A stretch of DNA of 64,000 nt from Eledone cirrhosa (GCA_964016885.1 OZ024748.1:60202001-60266000); one strand, 5' to 3'. Numbered from the stretch's first letter, positions 31,421 through 46,709 are shown. Program-made: numbers and translations. Notes: generated from the letters alone by a model not told the origin.

Positions 31421-32523
31421 TTAATCTGCATAATAATAAAATAGACTCACATACCTGAAATATGTCGTTAGTAGCGTTTGATATATAGCAAGTATGTATA
31501 ACAATACTGAACAACGTGCGTAAGAAATTCTCAATGATGGAGAAAGAAAACAAAATCCTGTGATATTTGCTTTAAATTTGTCTAAGTTTGTTTTACTATA
31601 AAATTTGTTTAGACTTTGATTCCACGTTTTAAATGTTTAGTATAGAAATAACTGCATTTTAGAGATTGATTTGATCTTTAAACTAAACCACAGATGCTAT
31701 CAAACATAAATTATTAATATTTACTTTTTAGTTTCAAAATACTAAAAAAACCTTAACGATGTTTGCTTAAAATTAATCTGTAAGTTTACATATAGTTAAA
31801 ATTGCTTCAGTTTAGATTCAATTATCTAAATGTTTTATATAAAATTAACTGCATTTTAAAGTCTAATTTGATACCCAAACTAAACCACGAAAGCTACTTA
31901 ATAGTTAAAGACTAATAATTGACATATACCTTATAGTTGCAGAAAGAAAGCAAACACCTAGCGGCGTCTTGTTTTAATTTCTACGTTTACAAATATTTCG
32001 AGTTATTTTAAATGTTTAATTGAAGTAACTATAAATTTAAGCCTGCTTAGGTATTTAATCTTAAAACATAGAAGGTATTTCATATTTGAAAAATAATTGA
32101 TATTTATTTATTAAGAATTTTATTTTATTTTATTTTATAAATGGATAGATTGTTTCATATGTTGGTTGTTTACAATCAATTTCTTTGAAATGAAGCTCAG
32201 AAAATACAAATTATTTCGAATAAGGAAAATAGGAGGGAGAATAGGAATCCAGATAGAAAATTTATGAGTTTCTTTGAATGCATTAGTATAATAAAATTGA
32301 GAGAAAATATTTAAAAAAATTCGTTTATAGGAATTATTAACCATATGTGGTTTAATAAAAAAGTGGAAACCCTTTGTAAACCATATGTTACAATGGCACT
32401 TGGTAAAATATGAAAAAATGTCAAACTTTAGAAACAAAATTGTCATAAAATCATTGTACATTCCTTGTTCGGTTTCCTTTCCAGGAAAATTGGCTCTTAA
32501 ACAATAAGAAAATATTGAAATAA

Positions 32524-32576
<53 letters not shown>

Positions 32577-32598
32577 ATATATATATTATATATATATA

Positions 32599-32638
<40 letters not shown>

Positions 32639-32779
32639 TATATATTATATATATAATATATATATATATTATATATATAATATATATATATATTATATAT
32701 ATAATATATATATATATATATAATATATATATATATTATATATATAATATATATATATATATATAATATATATATATAT

Positions 32780-32812
<33 letters not shown>

Positions 32813-32832
32813 ATATATCTATATATCTATAT

Positions 32833-33625
32833 ATATATTTAGAAACACACAGATACATGCGGACACACACATATATACATGAATGCATCCGCACCCAACT
32901 GTGAGTTAAGGGTGCCAACTTCACCGATGTTGCTCAATGAATGACTGGGACAGACTAATTCAGTTTGAACCAGACTGAACCAGTATCAGAGTTAAAAATA
33001 CATTATGAAGAGAGAAGAAACATTTAGATATAATTAGTAATAAAATGTATCATACCTAAACTGTTCCTAAATTCCTCGACTACGTAGTATCGTGGCATAA
33101 ACAAAAACAATATATCAAAGATATAGAGTCCTTGCGAGGTCTGCCGACTTATCAAGAGGATACCTCATTTTACTAGTCTCAAGAACGCGTCTACACGACG
33201 TGAGAAAGAATCCCAAAAGGCGGAGGGGGAGACAGTCACGCGATATAACGGTCGAGAAACAGAGCTAAGCCTCTTATAACCACGAAGAAAATACCACGGA
33301 GGCGGAGGGGGTATTCACATCGAGGCCGCAGAAGAGGTAGTAAAGAAGGCGAGAAGTATGAGTAATGGAAGCTTTCCAGTTGTCCCCACACTTCAAAGAT
33401 TGCTCGACCAGAGGGAGTTATTAATATATTTAGAAACATACAGATACATGCGGACACACACATATATACATGAATGCATCCGCACCCAACTGTGAGTTAA
33501 GGGTGCCAACTTCACCGATGTTGCTCAATGAATGACTGGGACAGACTAATTCAGTTTGAACCAGACTGAACCAGTATCAGAGTTAAACATACATTATGAA
33601 GAGAGAAGAAACATTTAGATATAAT
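32833..33625. mobile_element. Unclassified element with 202 bp direct terminal repeats, in (TA)n
   Basis: 32833-33034 is nearly identical to 33424-33625, enclosing ~390 bp of higher-GC sequence. Confidence 0.6.
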
Positions 33626-33626
33626 C

Positions 33627-33727
<101 letters not shown>

Positions 33728-33747
33728 TATATATATATAATATATAT

Positions 33748-33900
<153 letters not shown>

Positions 33901-33908
33901 ATATATAT

Positions 33909-33967
<59 letters not shown>

Positions 33968-34018
33968 GGCAGAAAAATAAAATATATAAAAATATATATA
34001 TATGGCAGCAAAAGTAAA

Positions 34019-34073
<55 letters not shown>

Positions 34074-34231
34074 CGTGCGTGCGCGTCTGTGTGTGTGTGT
34101 GTGTGCGTGCGTGCGCGTCTGTGTGTGTGTGTGTGTGTGGCAACAAAAATAATCGAAGAACGAATTCGGAAGAAATCACGGTATTTTGTTTTAAAAAAAA
34201 TAATAGAAATGCTTTATTGATGAAGGAAATA

Positions 34232-34840
34232 TAATCATCATCATCATCATCAGCGTCATCTCCCCATCATCATCATCATCATCATCATCGGCAGCAGCAT
34301 CAACACCATCATCATCACCATCATTATCACTACCACAAACATCATCATCATCAGCAGCTGCATCAACACCATCATAATCACTACCGACCCCATTGTTATC
34401 ACTACCACCATCATCATCACCTTCACCACTCTCATCATTATTACCACCACCACCACTATCATCATCATCACTGTCATCGTCACCATCACCATCATGAGCA
34501 GCAGCACCACCACCACCACCAGCATTATCACTACCACCACCATCATCATCCCCATCCCCATCACCATCACTACCACTATCATCGTTATCACTACCACCAC
34601 CACCATCACCATCACTACCATCACCATCATCATCATCACCATCATCATGAACACCACCACCACCACCACCATCATAAACATTACAACCACGAACATAATC
34701 ACCACCACCACCATCACTACCATCACTACCATCACCATCATCATCACCATCATCATCATCACCATCATGATCACTACCACCATCACCGCCACTACCACCA
34801 CCACCACCACCATCACTACCATCACCATCATCAACAACAA
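34232..34840. repeat. (ATC/ACC)n compound repeat
   Basis: Visible. Confidence 0.95.
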
Positions 34841-35303
34841 AAGTAGTATTATATACCATAATAATATGCTATATCTGCCCCCCCCCCCTCCTACACTCTC
34901 TATCTGATGTCAATTCCTTTTTCTCTTTAGTTTCAATCAATTTTCTCAATGTACAAAATATGATGGATTGTAAATTTCTTATTTTTCTGAATAAAGTTTA
35001 ATAGTTTCAAACAAAATTATTTCATATAAAAATATTAAACATTTAACATTAAATAAGAATATCTATATACAACTAACACTCTGTGATTGTGCGCTTGTCT
35101 GTAATTTAATACAGCCAAAACGGCGCTTAATGGGAAAATACATTGAAAGGAAGCAGCCTCTGAAATAAAACAAGTCTCGCACGGGCTCACGAGATATGGG
35201 GGTTTTTCCGGGTACCTTCACAAATAGAGAGAGAGAGAAATATAGAAATAAATTGATAGTGGTGTGAGAGAGTAGATTGAACGTGATATATATATATATA
35301 TAT

Positions 35304-35744
35304 TTAAAGGTTAAACAATGTTCAATGAATAAATCAAAGAATGAGTTTTACAATAGATTGGAAGCACTCAACGGTTGGTTTTCCAGAGTTATTAATATTA
35401 ATTCAAAATATTAACAAAAATAGACATTCGTGTGATCAAGTATATTTTATTATACATATTTCAGAGGTACTGAGCTATCTTCAACAGTACGTCCTCATCA
35501 GATAAAATAAGATGATGCATGACATACCCTGACTTAGTAGATGGTTAAGATTCAGTCATGGTAGACTACTATTTATTACTACCATGACTGAATCTTAACC
35601 ATCTACTAAGTCAGGGTATGTCATGCATCATCTTATTTTATCTGATGAGGACGTACTGTTGAAGATAGCTCAGTACCTCTGAAATATGTATAATAAAATA
35701 TACTTGATCACACGAATGTCTATTTTTGTTAATATTTTGAATTA

Positions 35745-35748
<4 letters not shown>
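35304..35748 (-). mobile_element. Palindromic hammerhead-bearing mini-element (family B) in (TA)n
   Basis: 170 bp arms 35395-35564 / 35579-35748 with a 14 nt spacer. Tail 35304-35394 is homologous to 14238-14333. Confidence 0.8.
35634..35700 (+). ncRNA. Minimal type I hammerhead ribozyme (mirror copy at 35443-35509, minus)
   Basis: uauuuuau-CUGAUGA-GGACGUACUG (12 nt loop) CAGUACCUCU-GAA-AUAUGUAU-A-auaaaaua. Confidence 0.8.
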
Positions 35749-35798
<50 letters not shown>

Positions 35799-35967
35799 GA
35801 GACAGAGTACGAAAATGGAAGAGAGAAAGAGAGGGGGAGAGAAAAAAGAGAGAGAGAGAGAGAGCTGTGAAAATTATTTTGAAGCGAACATGATTTAAAA
35901 AATGAATACGTTCATGTAATGTCTAAATAAGGTTTATTTTTCAACATAGACCCTGGAGAGTAATAAT

Positions 35968-36498
35968 ACAGTTAATAATAAGAAGAGTTCAATTTTATGC
36001 ATACAAGATTGTGCAGCTCTAGCATCACCCATTCATAATAAGCCTATAAACTTTTCAGCCGACCCTCGAACAAGGCACTACAGTTACTAACGAGAAGAGT
36101 TAAAATGTATGCTTACGAGATTGCGCAGCCCTAGCATCAATCCTTCATAATAAGCCTATGAACTTTTCAGTCGACCCTCGTATAAGGCACTACTGTTATT
36201 AATAAGAGTTAAAATGTATGCATACAAGATTGTGCAGCTCTAGCATCACTCCTTCATAATACGCCTATGAACTTTTCAGCCGACCCTCGTATAAGGCACT
36301 ACAGTTATCAATAAGAAAAGCTGAAATGTATGCATACAAGATTGCGCCGCTCTAGCATCACACATTCATAGTCAGCCTATGAACGTTTCAGCCAGCCCTC
36401 GTTATAAGACACTGCAGTTATTACTAAGAAGATGTAAAATTTATGCATACAATATTGCGCAGCTCTAGCATCACTCATTCATAGTCAGCCTATGAATA
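35968..36498. repeat. ~112 bp tandem array (about 4.7 units) built from a mariner-like terminus
   Basis: Units carry gcctatgaacttttcagccgaccctcgta, the reverse complement of the TIR at 40646. Confidence 0.8.
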
Positions 36499-36894
36499 TT
36501 TTAACTAACACACATATATCTACAATATTTATTTATCGACCATAATATTTTAATAATAACGTACATTTCTCTAAAATATTCTGGTGTCGAGAATATTTGA
36601 TAATATACAATTCTAAAGCAAGCTATTATTCTATTATAGCTCGCTGGATAGTTCCATTTTGACAAGAAGAATGCGTAAGTCATGTTCAATAATTTAACAT
36701 AAATATGAATTTTGTAAACAGAAGCTATATAATATATATATGAAGCAGAAGATAGAAAAATACATAAATGCAACACATTAAAACAGGTTAGTGTTTTGTT
36801 AAATTGATTGATTTTTTCCAGGTAAACTATGTAGATTTATAACACATCAGCTCAGTTGGCAGATAATGGTTAAGTTATATCATATAGCTGGTAG

Positions 36895-36940
<46 letters not shown>

Positions 36941-36970
36941 AATATATATATATACACAAATATATATATA

Positions 36971-37048
<78 letters not shown>

Positions 37049-37121
37049 CAAATATATATATAAATATATATATTTATATATATATATACACAAATATATA
37101 TATATTATATACATACATATA

Positions 37122-37166
<45 letters not shown>

Positions 37167-37537
37167 TGTGTATATATATATATACACAGACATATATACA
37201 AACATATAAATACACACACACACATACACATATATGTATATAGATCATGTATGTGTGTATGTTTGTGCATGTGTGTGTGTGTATGTCTGTACATTATTTC
37301 ATAAAAGAATACACATATATAATATACACACTTCCATCCACATGTATATATATCTATATGCCCAAACATATATATGTACATGTATACACACACAAAAACA
37401 TACACACGCACATATACATAAATATTTGCATCTACATGTATATTTATATATATATACCTATATATGCGAACATATATATGTACATTTAGAAACACACACA
37501 CACACAATCACGCAGAGAGACAGAGGCCCACACACAC

Positions 37538-37603
<66 letters not shown>

Positions 37604-37617
37604 TATATATATATGCA

Positions 37618-37670
<53 letters not shown>

Positions 37671-37949
37671 TGTGTGTGTGTGTGTATGTATATGTATAAT
37701 TTGATGATATATGCATTGTAAAGATATGTACAAATTGAAAAACAAATTATGTAAGAGGGAAATAACATTTAGGTTCCAACGTTTTATGAATCCTATCGAT
37801 TTCTACGTATAAATATCGAGGATTTGGCTCAGAATTCTTTCACAGTGATCTATACACTCGCCTTTATGCATCCATCTGTAGTCAAGTAAATACATAAACT
37901 CCGCCCCCCCCCCACATATATATATAACAATATATATATATATATATAT

Positions 37950-38097
37950 ATGAGAGTAGAGAGAAAATGTCTGAGACACATGTATACATATATATTTGAT
38001 ATATATAACAATATATATAACAATATATATATATATTGTTATATATTTCAAATATATATGTATACATGTGTCTCAGACATTTTCTCTCTACTCTCAT
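37950..38097. repeat. Palindrome centred on (TA)n
   Basis: atgagagtagagagaaaatgtctgagacacatgtatacatatatatttga and its reverse complement. Confidence 0.85.
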
Positions 38098-38136
38098 CCA
38101 TATCAATCTATCTATCTATCTATCTAACTACCATTT

Positions 38137-38233
<97 letters not shown>

Positions 38234-38974
38234 TGTATGTAGGTATGTATGTATATTAATAAAGTTTGTTCCACAACATATTAGCAAACCATCTTCGAAG
38301 ACATGTGTTTTAACTAACGAATTTTCAACTCGGGTTCACATATATGAAGAATAAGGCAATAATCTGGAATTTTATATCATTTTAATAATTAAGTAATTGC
38401 TGTTATACGCATGTCAATGGTATCAATTAATAATTAGAACGATCTCCTCAGACAGTCATTATATAATTATTCATACTGCGACATGTTGCGGGTGACCCTT
38501 TTGTATGCTGTATCCTATACACGGCGACGCTAGTTAAGAATTAATTTCAACGTATACCCAAGTCGTCTCAGTAAAACATCAGCAACCCTGCTCCAATTAC
38601 AGGTATGGAGGTGACAAAGCGTAAAATAAATAAGATACTTTAAGCATACGATCTGCATATCAATTTGTTATAGAATACCAGAATGCACATTAACAGAATT
38701 ACGGTATAGCAGAACATAGTAGAACAAGAGGATAAGCAAACGAGATTCTTGAACGAAATCCTTAGAAATCTTCAGATTTCCAATGTCTTTTATTATAGCG
38801 CCACACATTTGGAATTGAAGCAACGAAATATTACATCATCTATTTCTATCTCTATTCAGGAAATTGGGAACATTCTTATCTTATTTAAGTACTTCTAGTG
38901 TCTCTAAGGCAAAGAATGGCGAGTGTCGTATTTGCCAAATTGGAATTCTTGTGTAACAGTGATTATGATGGTAA

Positions 38975-39031
38975 CATCAACAACAACAACAACAACAAAA
39001 ACAACAAGTATAATAACAACATCAGCAACTA

Positions 39032-39130
<99 letters not shown>

Positions 39131-39195
39131 CTATAATAACAACAACAACAATAACAACAACAACAACAACAAAATCAACATCAACAATGATAATA
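38975..39195. repeat. (AAC)n microsatellite
   Basis: Visible. Confidence 0.95.
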
Positions 39196-39365
39196 ATAAA
39201 TTTTGTGAGCATATCATTCAAGAAATATATAGAAGAGCAAGAATCCAATATACGTGAGACATTTATATACAGTAAAAGGGCGGGTATAAGGCCAGAATTG
39301 TTTGGGGTGTGGATGGGTTAAGTCTATTGAATAAACTCCGGTATTTGCATGGTATTTTATTTATC

Positions 39366-39815
39366 ATATACTGAAAGGAATTTCTTCAGAGCTGCTGTGG
39401 AATCTGTGCTTGTTTATGGCTCTATCACTTGGACGCTAATGTCGAAACTGGAGAAAAAGCTAGACAGGGCATACACACGTATGCTCCGTGCTGCTTTAAA
39501 CGTGTTTTGGAGGGAACACACAACAAATAAGGATCTCTATGGCAATATACCACCTATCAGCAGGTCAATACGTGGACAGAGACTCAGATTTGCTGGCCAC
39601 TGTTGGCGCAGCAAGGAAGAAATAGCAGGTGATGTGTTGTTATGGAGTCCATCTCATGGAGCAAGAAACGCTGGTCGTCCCAAGAAGACATACGTCAAGC
39701 AACCTGAGGACGATATTGGATGCGCTGCGGAAGAACTGGCAAACGCTATGAGAGACATAGATGGATGGAGGAAAAGTGTCGTAGAAAGACGAGCAAGATC
39801 GACCTCATGATGATG
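39366..39815 (+). mobile_element. 5'-truncated RTE-clade LINE (ORF C-terminus)
   Basis: VESVLVYGSITWTL..LDRAYTRMLR..RLRFAGHCWR..GRPKKTYV..MRDIDGWR. (TGA)n tail. TSD attttatttatc at 39354-39365 and 39816-39827. Confidence 0.88.
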
Positions 39816-39889
39816 ATTTTATTTATCGATCTCGATAGGAAGAAAGACAAAATTTACCTTGGTGAGGTTAATTTTGTATTCCAGCTTTC

Positions 39890-40270
39890 CCAACACCAAC
39901 AACAACAACATCAGTACCAAGAACAATATCACCAACAGCAACAACAACAACAACATCAGTACCAAGAACAGTATCACCAACACCAACAACAACAACACCA
40001 GTACCAAGAACAGTATCACCAACAACAACAACACCAGTACCAAGAACAGTATCACCAACACCAACAACAACAACAACACCAGTACCAAGAACAGTATCAC
40101 CAACACCAACAACAACAACAACATCAGTACCAAGAACAGTATCACCAACACCACCAACACCAACAACAACAACACCAGTACCAAGAACAGTATCACCAAC
40201 ACCAACAACAACAACAACATCAGTACCAAGAACAGTATCACCAACACCAACAACAACAACATCAGTACCT
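39890..40270. repeat. ~36-48 bp minisatellite (caa)n-catcagtaccaagaacagtatcac, about 9 units
   Basis: Visible. Confidence 0.9.
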
Positions 40271-40645
40271 CCACCATTACGACGACTACCACAAACGACA
40301 ACATCGAGTAACAGTTATGCTGTGCCAAATGCTATATATACCTGAGAACTCTAAATCACTGATATTACAGGTAATCCGTCAAATAAGCAAACACTAATTA
40401 CAGGTGTAATTAAGGAAATTGAAATTAGTAAATTAATCCAGCTGGAAGATTTGGCTTTAACAATGTTCTTCATCGTAATTTAGCAACTCATTCTTCTAGA
40501 ATGTGTCACAGGTGTGAACATTTAGGTCGGACATTAGTAAATGAGAGTGTTGGTTCGTTTCCAAGTCAGCTCTGATCTAGGAAAGAGATTTGTCGTTAGA
40601 TTTATTTACTTCGTAACAGCTTAGACTTCCAAATATAATCATGTG

Positions 40646-41039
40646 TACGAGGGTCGGCTGAAAGTTTCTTTGTCAGCCGACAAAAGAATGATGCTAGAGC
40701 TGTGAAATCATTCATGCATTAATTTTAGCTTTTCCTATTAATAAATGCATTGTTTATTTCCGGGGACTATGTTGAAAAATAAACCTCATTTAGTAATTCC
40801 ATGAGTGTATCTTGGTCAGTCCATGAAGGAGTGATGCTAGGGCTGTGAAATCTTACATACATTAATTTCAACTCTTCTTATCAATAACTGCATTGTTTCT
40901 TTCCAAAGACAATATTGAAAAATAAACCTCTTTTGGTCATTCCACAATAGTATCTTGGTCACCCTATCAAGGAGGGATACTAGAGCTGTGAAATCATGTA
41001 AGCTTCATCGGCCAATGAACGTTTTAGACGACCCTCATA
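40646..41039. mobile_element. Non-autonomous mariner-like element (MITE)
   Basis: Terminal inverted repeats tacgagggtcggctgaaa / ttttagacgaccctcata with TA ends. Internal subrepeats gatgctagagctgtgaaatc. Confidence 0.7.
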
Positions 41040-41497
41040 AATATTTACTAGGGATTGTTATGGACGTGGTTGTGGGACCGTTACCAAATTGGCTTTGATA
41101 TAAAAGAAAAGAATTTCTTCCATAGAAGCTCAGCATTCCCGAAAGTATCACAGGTAGAGACATATAAAAGAGACTGTACTAGATCTGCTGTGTTGGTTTA
41201 TATTTAAATTGTACCTTACATGAGATATTTCATCCATGACCATCCTGTTTGAATTTAATTCTCAGGAACAATGTAGTGTGCATTTCATATACGTAAGTAT
41301 GTATGCACGTACGTATGCATGTAAGTATATACATACATACACACACGTAAAACCTTAAAACCAAAACTGAATACTAACCAATACTTATTACTAAATTTTA
41401 CTTATTCCTAATTAAATTATTTTTCACTGGGAACAATTTGTCAGCATTTTCTTTTCCTTTTACCAATATATCATAACTCGTGTGTTACACCTCTATT

Positions 41498-41588
<91 letters not shown>

Positions 41589-41626
41589 ATTTATATATGG
41601 ATTTTAGTCTTCAAATTTATTATTAT

Positions 41627-41699
<73 letters not shown>

Positions 41700-41847
41700 C
41701 ATGTATATATGTATATATATATGAATGTATGTACAGTATATTTGGTTATATATGTTTAATTAAAAAACATTTTGAAGACCTACCGCTATCATTTTAAAGT
41801 AGTAACTATGTCACTTATTTCTTTTTTTGACAAATGAAGGGAGAGAA

Positions 41848-41888
41848 GCTGACAGATTCTGTTTCACACTGTTGGTGTTCCTCAGAGC
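41848..41888 (-). ncRNA. Hammerhead ribozyme motif with GUC triplet
   Basis: gcu-CUGAGGA-ACAC caaca GUGU-GAA-ACAG aau CUGU-C-agc. Confidence 0.75.
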
Positions 41889-42140
41889 AACGTACTCACC
41901 TCTGCCGAAAAAAAGAAGTAAGTGACATAGTCACTACTTTAAAATGATAGCGCAAGGTCTTCAAAATGTTTTTAATTAAACATACGGTATATTGCCAACT
42001 ATACTATACTTACATTCATGTATACATCGCTATTTAAGAGCACCAATCATAATTTTTAATTTGAGCTGGACCGACAATAGCTCTGTATAATCAGTTCCTG
42101 ATTATTAATGGAATTCTATAAGAATCCAGCCTCTATAATT

Positions 42141-42228
42141 TTCGGCAAAGTTCGGGGAGTACGTTTCTCTGAGGAACACGAACAGTGTGAAACAGAATCG
42201 GTAAGCTTCCCTCCTTTCCTTTGCCGAA
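42141..42228 (+). ncRNA. Hammerhead ribozyme motif with extended stem I
   Basis: CUGAGGA-ACAC gaaca GUGU-GAA-ACAG aau CGGU-A-ag. Outer pairs ggggag/cuuccc and uucggcaaag/cuuugccgaa; one stem III mismatch. Confidence 0.65.
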
Positions 42229-42382
42229 AAAGAAGTAAGTGACATAGTCACTACTTTAAAATTATAGCGTTAGGTCTTCAAAATGTTTTTAATTAAAGAT
42301 ACGGTATATTACCAAATATACTATACATGTATTCATCACTATTTCAGAGCACCAATCCTAATATATATATATATATTTATGT

Positions 42383-42456
<74 letters not shown>

Positions 42457-42471
42457 GAACGCATATACATA

Positions 42472-42555
<84 letters not shown>

Positions 42556-42557
<2 letters not shown>

Positions 42558-42711
42558 GTTAACGTGTGTTAATGCCCTAAGGTTAACGTATGTTGATGCC
42601 CGAAGGACAGACACTGGTCTGTTGGAGACGCAGGACATGGCACCAATAATGAGGGAAAGAGACCGCTGGAGAGAACTCGTCCATGGATCTCGGGAACTTT
42701 ACCCGCCTTAG
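42556..42711 (+). mobile_element. RTE-type LINE 3' stub in (TA)n
   Basis: [25 protein letters not shown] resembles the RTE C-terminus at 39366-39815. Confidence 0.6.
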
Positions 42712-42748
<37 letters not shown>

Positions 42749-42757
42749 AAATATATA

Positions 42758-42812
<55 letters not shown>

Positions 42813-43279
42813 ATATGGTATATATGGAACTTGATTGGTCTTTTTTTAAATAAACCGCCTCTCTAAGCTGAGTCAGTGGAGCACAAGATCCTTAATTTCA
42901 GTGTTTGTATTGACGCATTGATTGTTTCTCAAACTGGTTAAAGTTATAGTTCAAGAGTAATAAAATAGCTCATAAAGTAACGAAGCATCCGCGGGTTCGA
43001 ATACAAGCCAGAAGAAGGAGAACTTTTCTTCAGATTCTTTTATAAAAAAGTTGATATGTCTGAAACCCCAATATAGTTTAAACTGATGCAGCAAGCCTAC
43101 CAATATTATATATGGCGTATGATGGCATGTAGAGAATTTTGTGAAGACATAATACCCGTATATTTGTATTCCTAAACAAAATCTGCATAAATGAATAAAT
43201 TATAAACATTTCTGAAATTGAAGGTGTACTGAAGTGCAGCAAGTTGTACATGTCTAATCTCATGTGTAATCTCATGTAA

Positions 43280-44555
<1,276 letters not shown>

Positions 44556-46517
44556 AAGTAATGTTGCAAACGAGCACACAGTGATAAACTCTCTCACATA
44601 AATGCATGCATATTTAAATAGAAACTGGGGAATTTTAGGTAAAACTATGCAATTTTCTTGTTGGCATTTATTTTAGCGTAAAATATAGAATTTCTTCTAG
44701 ATCATGGAATCTATATATTATTCCTGTATTGCTTTTTTTATTATTTTTATTATTTTTATTCTTAATCTTCATTTTCTTTTCCTGTAATTACTTCATAAAA
44801 TTAAGCTTTTGAATTATTTACATTTTTCTCTAAAATTTCCTTTAATTTTTGCCCAAATATATTTTCTGCTTGCTCGCGTTGGGTTGTAAACTCTTTCATA
44901 ATTATTTTGTTTTATTTCATATTACTTTTCAATATTTTCTCCAATAGAATTGCCTCGATTATTTCTTTTCCTTGTACAATACAGAATTCAATACATTTTA
45001 GCAGTCTCCTTCCGCTATTTTTAGAAAATATTTTAATGAAAACCATATTAATAATTAATTGTTTTTAACCTTCAACGAACACGTTATGTGATGTATTAGG
45101 TTATAAACTTACGTTAGAGAGAAATTAACTAAAACATGTTTATTTATGGTTATTTAATTGAGTGTATTATTTTCTGAAAGAGTAATAAAAAAAAGGATTG
45201 TAAAAATCAGCGGACTAATAATGGACGGATTGTTAAGTTTGCTTCGCCATGATGAGGTCATGAGTTCGAGGCATCTGACTCTCATCTTCGGCAAAGAGAA
45301 ATATACCAAAGCCATGAGTTGACATATGCACTGTTAGTGGAACTGGCTGCTAAATATAAGAGCATCTGTTGAACAACAGGGTCTCCTAAATCTTTTAAAT
45401 GATTTCTGCTAAATAAGTTTTGTTGAATCATTTTGGTTTTTCGCTTGCTTTTTGATTCTGATTGCTTCTAATGAACTTGGGAATATATAGTCAGATAAAT
45501 TGGAAGGGTAGATTTCTGTGGTTGATATGGGGGGCATACTGTGTTTTTTACGGCCCTAGATACTCTAGGGAGTGATGAAGGTATTCTTAGCGTTTTGATA
45601 TATTAATATCTGTTGTCTATTCTATACATGAACGATAATCATTTATGTGAGGGCAGGAATATTAATATTAATATATATTTTTATGTATATGTATGTATGT
45701 ATATATATATATATATATAGTGAAATCTTTTATAACGCAAGGGAAAATTTTTTCATGTGAAATAAGAAATTACAGAGCTGATCACGTAAATTCACATGTA
45801 TGTCTATGGTGTCAACTAGAACTTGAGATGACCTCTCTTTCTCTCTTTCTTTCTTTTTTCCGGAAAGTACATATATACTTATGTATCTCCGTATTTTTTG
45901 AAGTTTTATCTCAGTTTTGGTATATCGACCTAAGAATTTTTAAACTAAACATATGGTCATTATTTTTCACACATTATATATCTATGTCTCATTCATGAAT
46001 ATTGATATTTACATTATAATACCCAATTCATATGAATTGATAATTCAAATTGATAGAACATAACGTAAAGTTGTAAATCTGTCTTCCCTCTCTCTAGATA
46101 TAGCTTTTTCTTCTCCTCCCTCTAAACATGATGAAATTTAAGTATCGCTGTTTTCTCTTTATTTATTTTTTATTTCTCTCCGTCTCCTTAACAATATAAC
46201 TAAATAAATAAATAAATAAATAATTACAGTACTCCCTCCTAAATCTCTCAATTTGTATGATGAATTATTATTATTATTCATCTGTTGCCTCAGCTGCCTC
46301 TCATTTTCACCTCCTCACTATTTCTCTCTCTCATATCTCTCTCTATCTCTCTCTGTTTTTCTTTACATACATTTCTTCCTTTTTCTCCGTCTTTCTTTAT
46401 AACTGTGCTCAACACTAAATATTTATAAACATTTCACTACCAAACCAACTTTTTTAAATGGAAGTTGATCAAAATTTATGGTACGTCAAATTTATTTATA
46501 AAACTGCTTATATATTG

Positions 46518-46583
46518 TATTTTATCTGAAGAAGGCATGCCATATTTTTAATATGGTATCCCTGAAATATGTATAATGAAATA
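46518..46583 (+). ncRNA. Minimal hammerhead ribozyme (diverged family B); element ends near 46712 at (TA)n
   Basis: uauuuuau-CUGAAGA-AGGCAUGCCAUAUU uuu AAUAUGGUAUCCCU-GAA-AUAUGUAU-A-augaaaua. Confidence 0.8.
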
Positions 46584-46709
46584 AATATGGTTTTATAAAT
46601 ATAGTTTCCATTTGTTTAATATCGTAAATATACTCCAAATACTTGTTGAGTGCTTTTATATCAGTTATAAATATTTACTCGTTGTAACCCAACAATTTAA
46701 ATACAACTT

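Larger units (their letters stand above)
41735..42360 (+). mobile_element. Penelope-type mini-element (family C): inverted arm + partial tandem copy + full copy, in (TA)n
   Basis: 41735-41898 is the reverse complement of about 42156-42322. 41903-42047 is a direct repeat of 42222-42357. Confidence 0.75.

Noticed and set aside
32135-32539. 134 aa minus-strand ORF, and 23223-23504
   Set aside because: No recognisable domain; AT-rich composition; the first starts in a CA repeat.
34191-34907. Gly/Asp-rich or poly-Thr ORFs
   Set aside because: Trinucleotide compound repeat.
36640-36680. Isolated AG..GTAAGT micro-exon candidates (also 55162-55252)
   Set aside because: No coherent reading frame linking them; not supportable without transcripts.
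39720-40397. Gln/His-rich repeat protein ORF
   Set aside because: Minisatellite open in several frames on both strands; starts inside an RTE stub.
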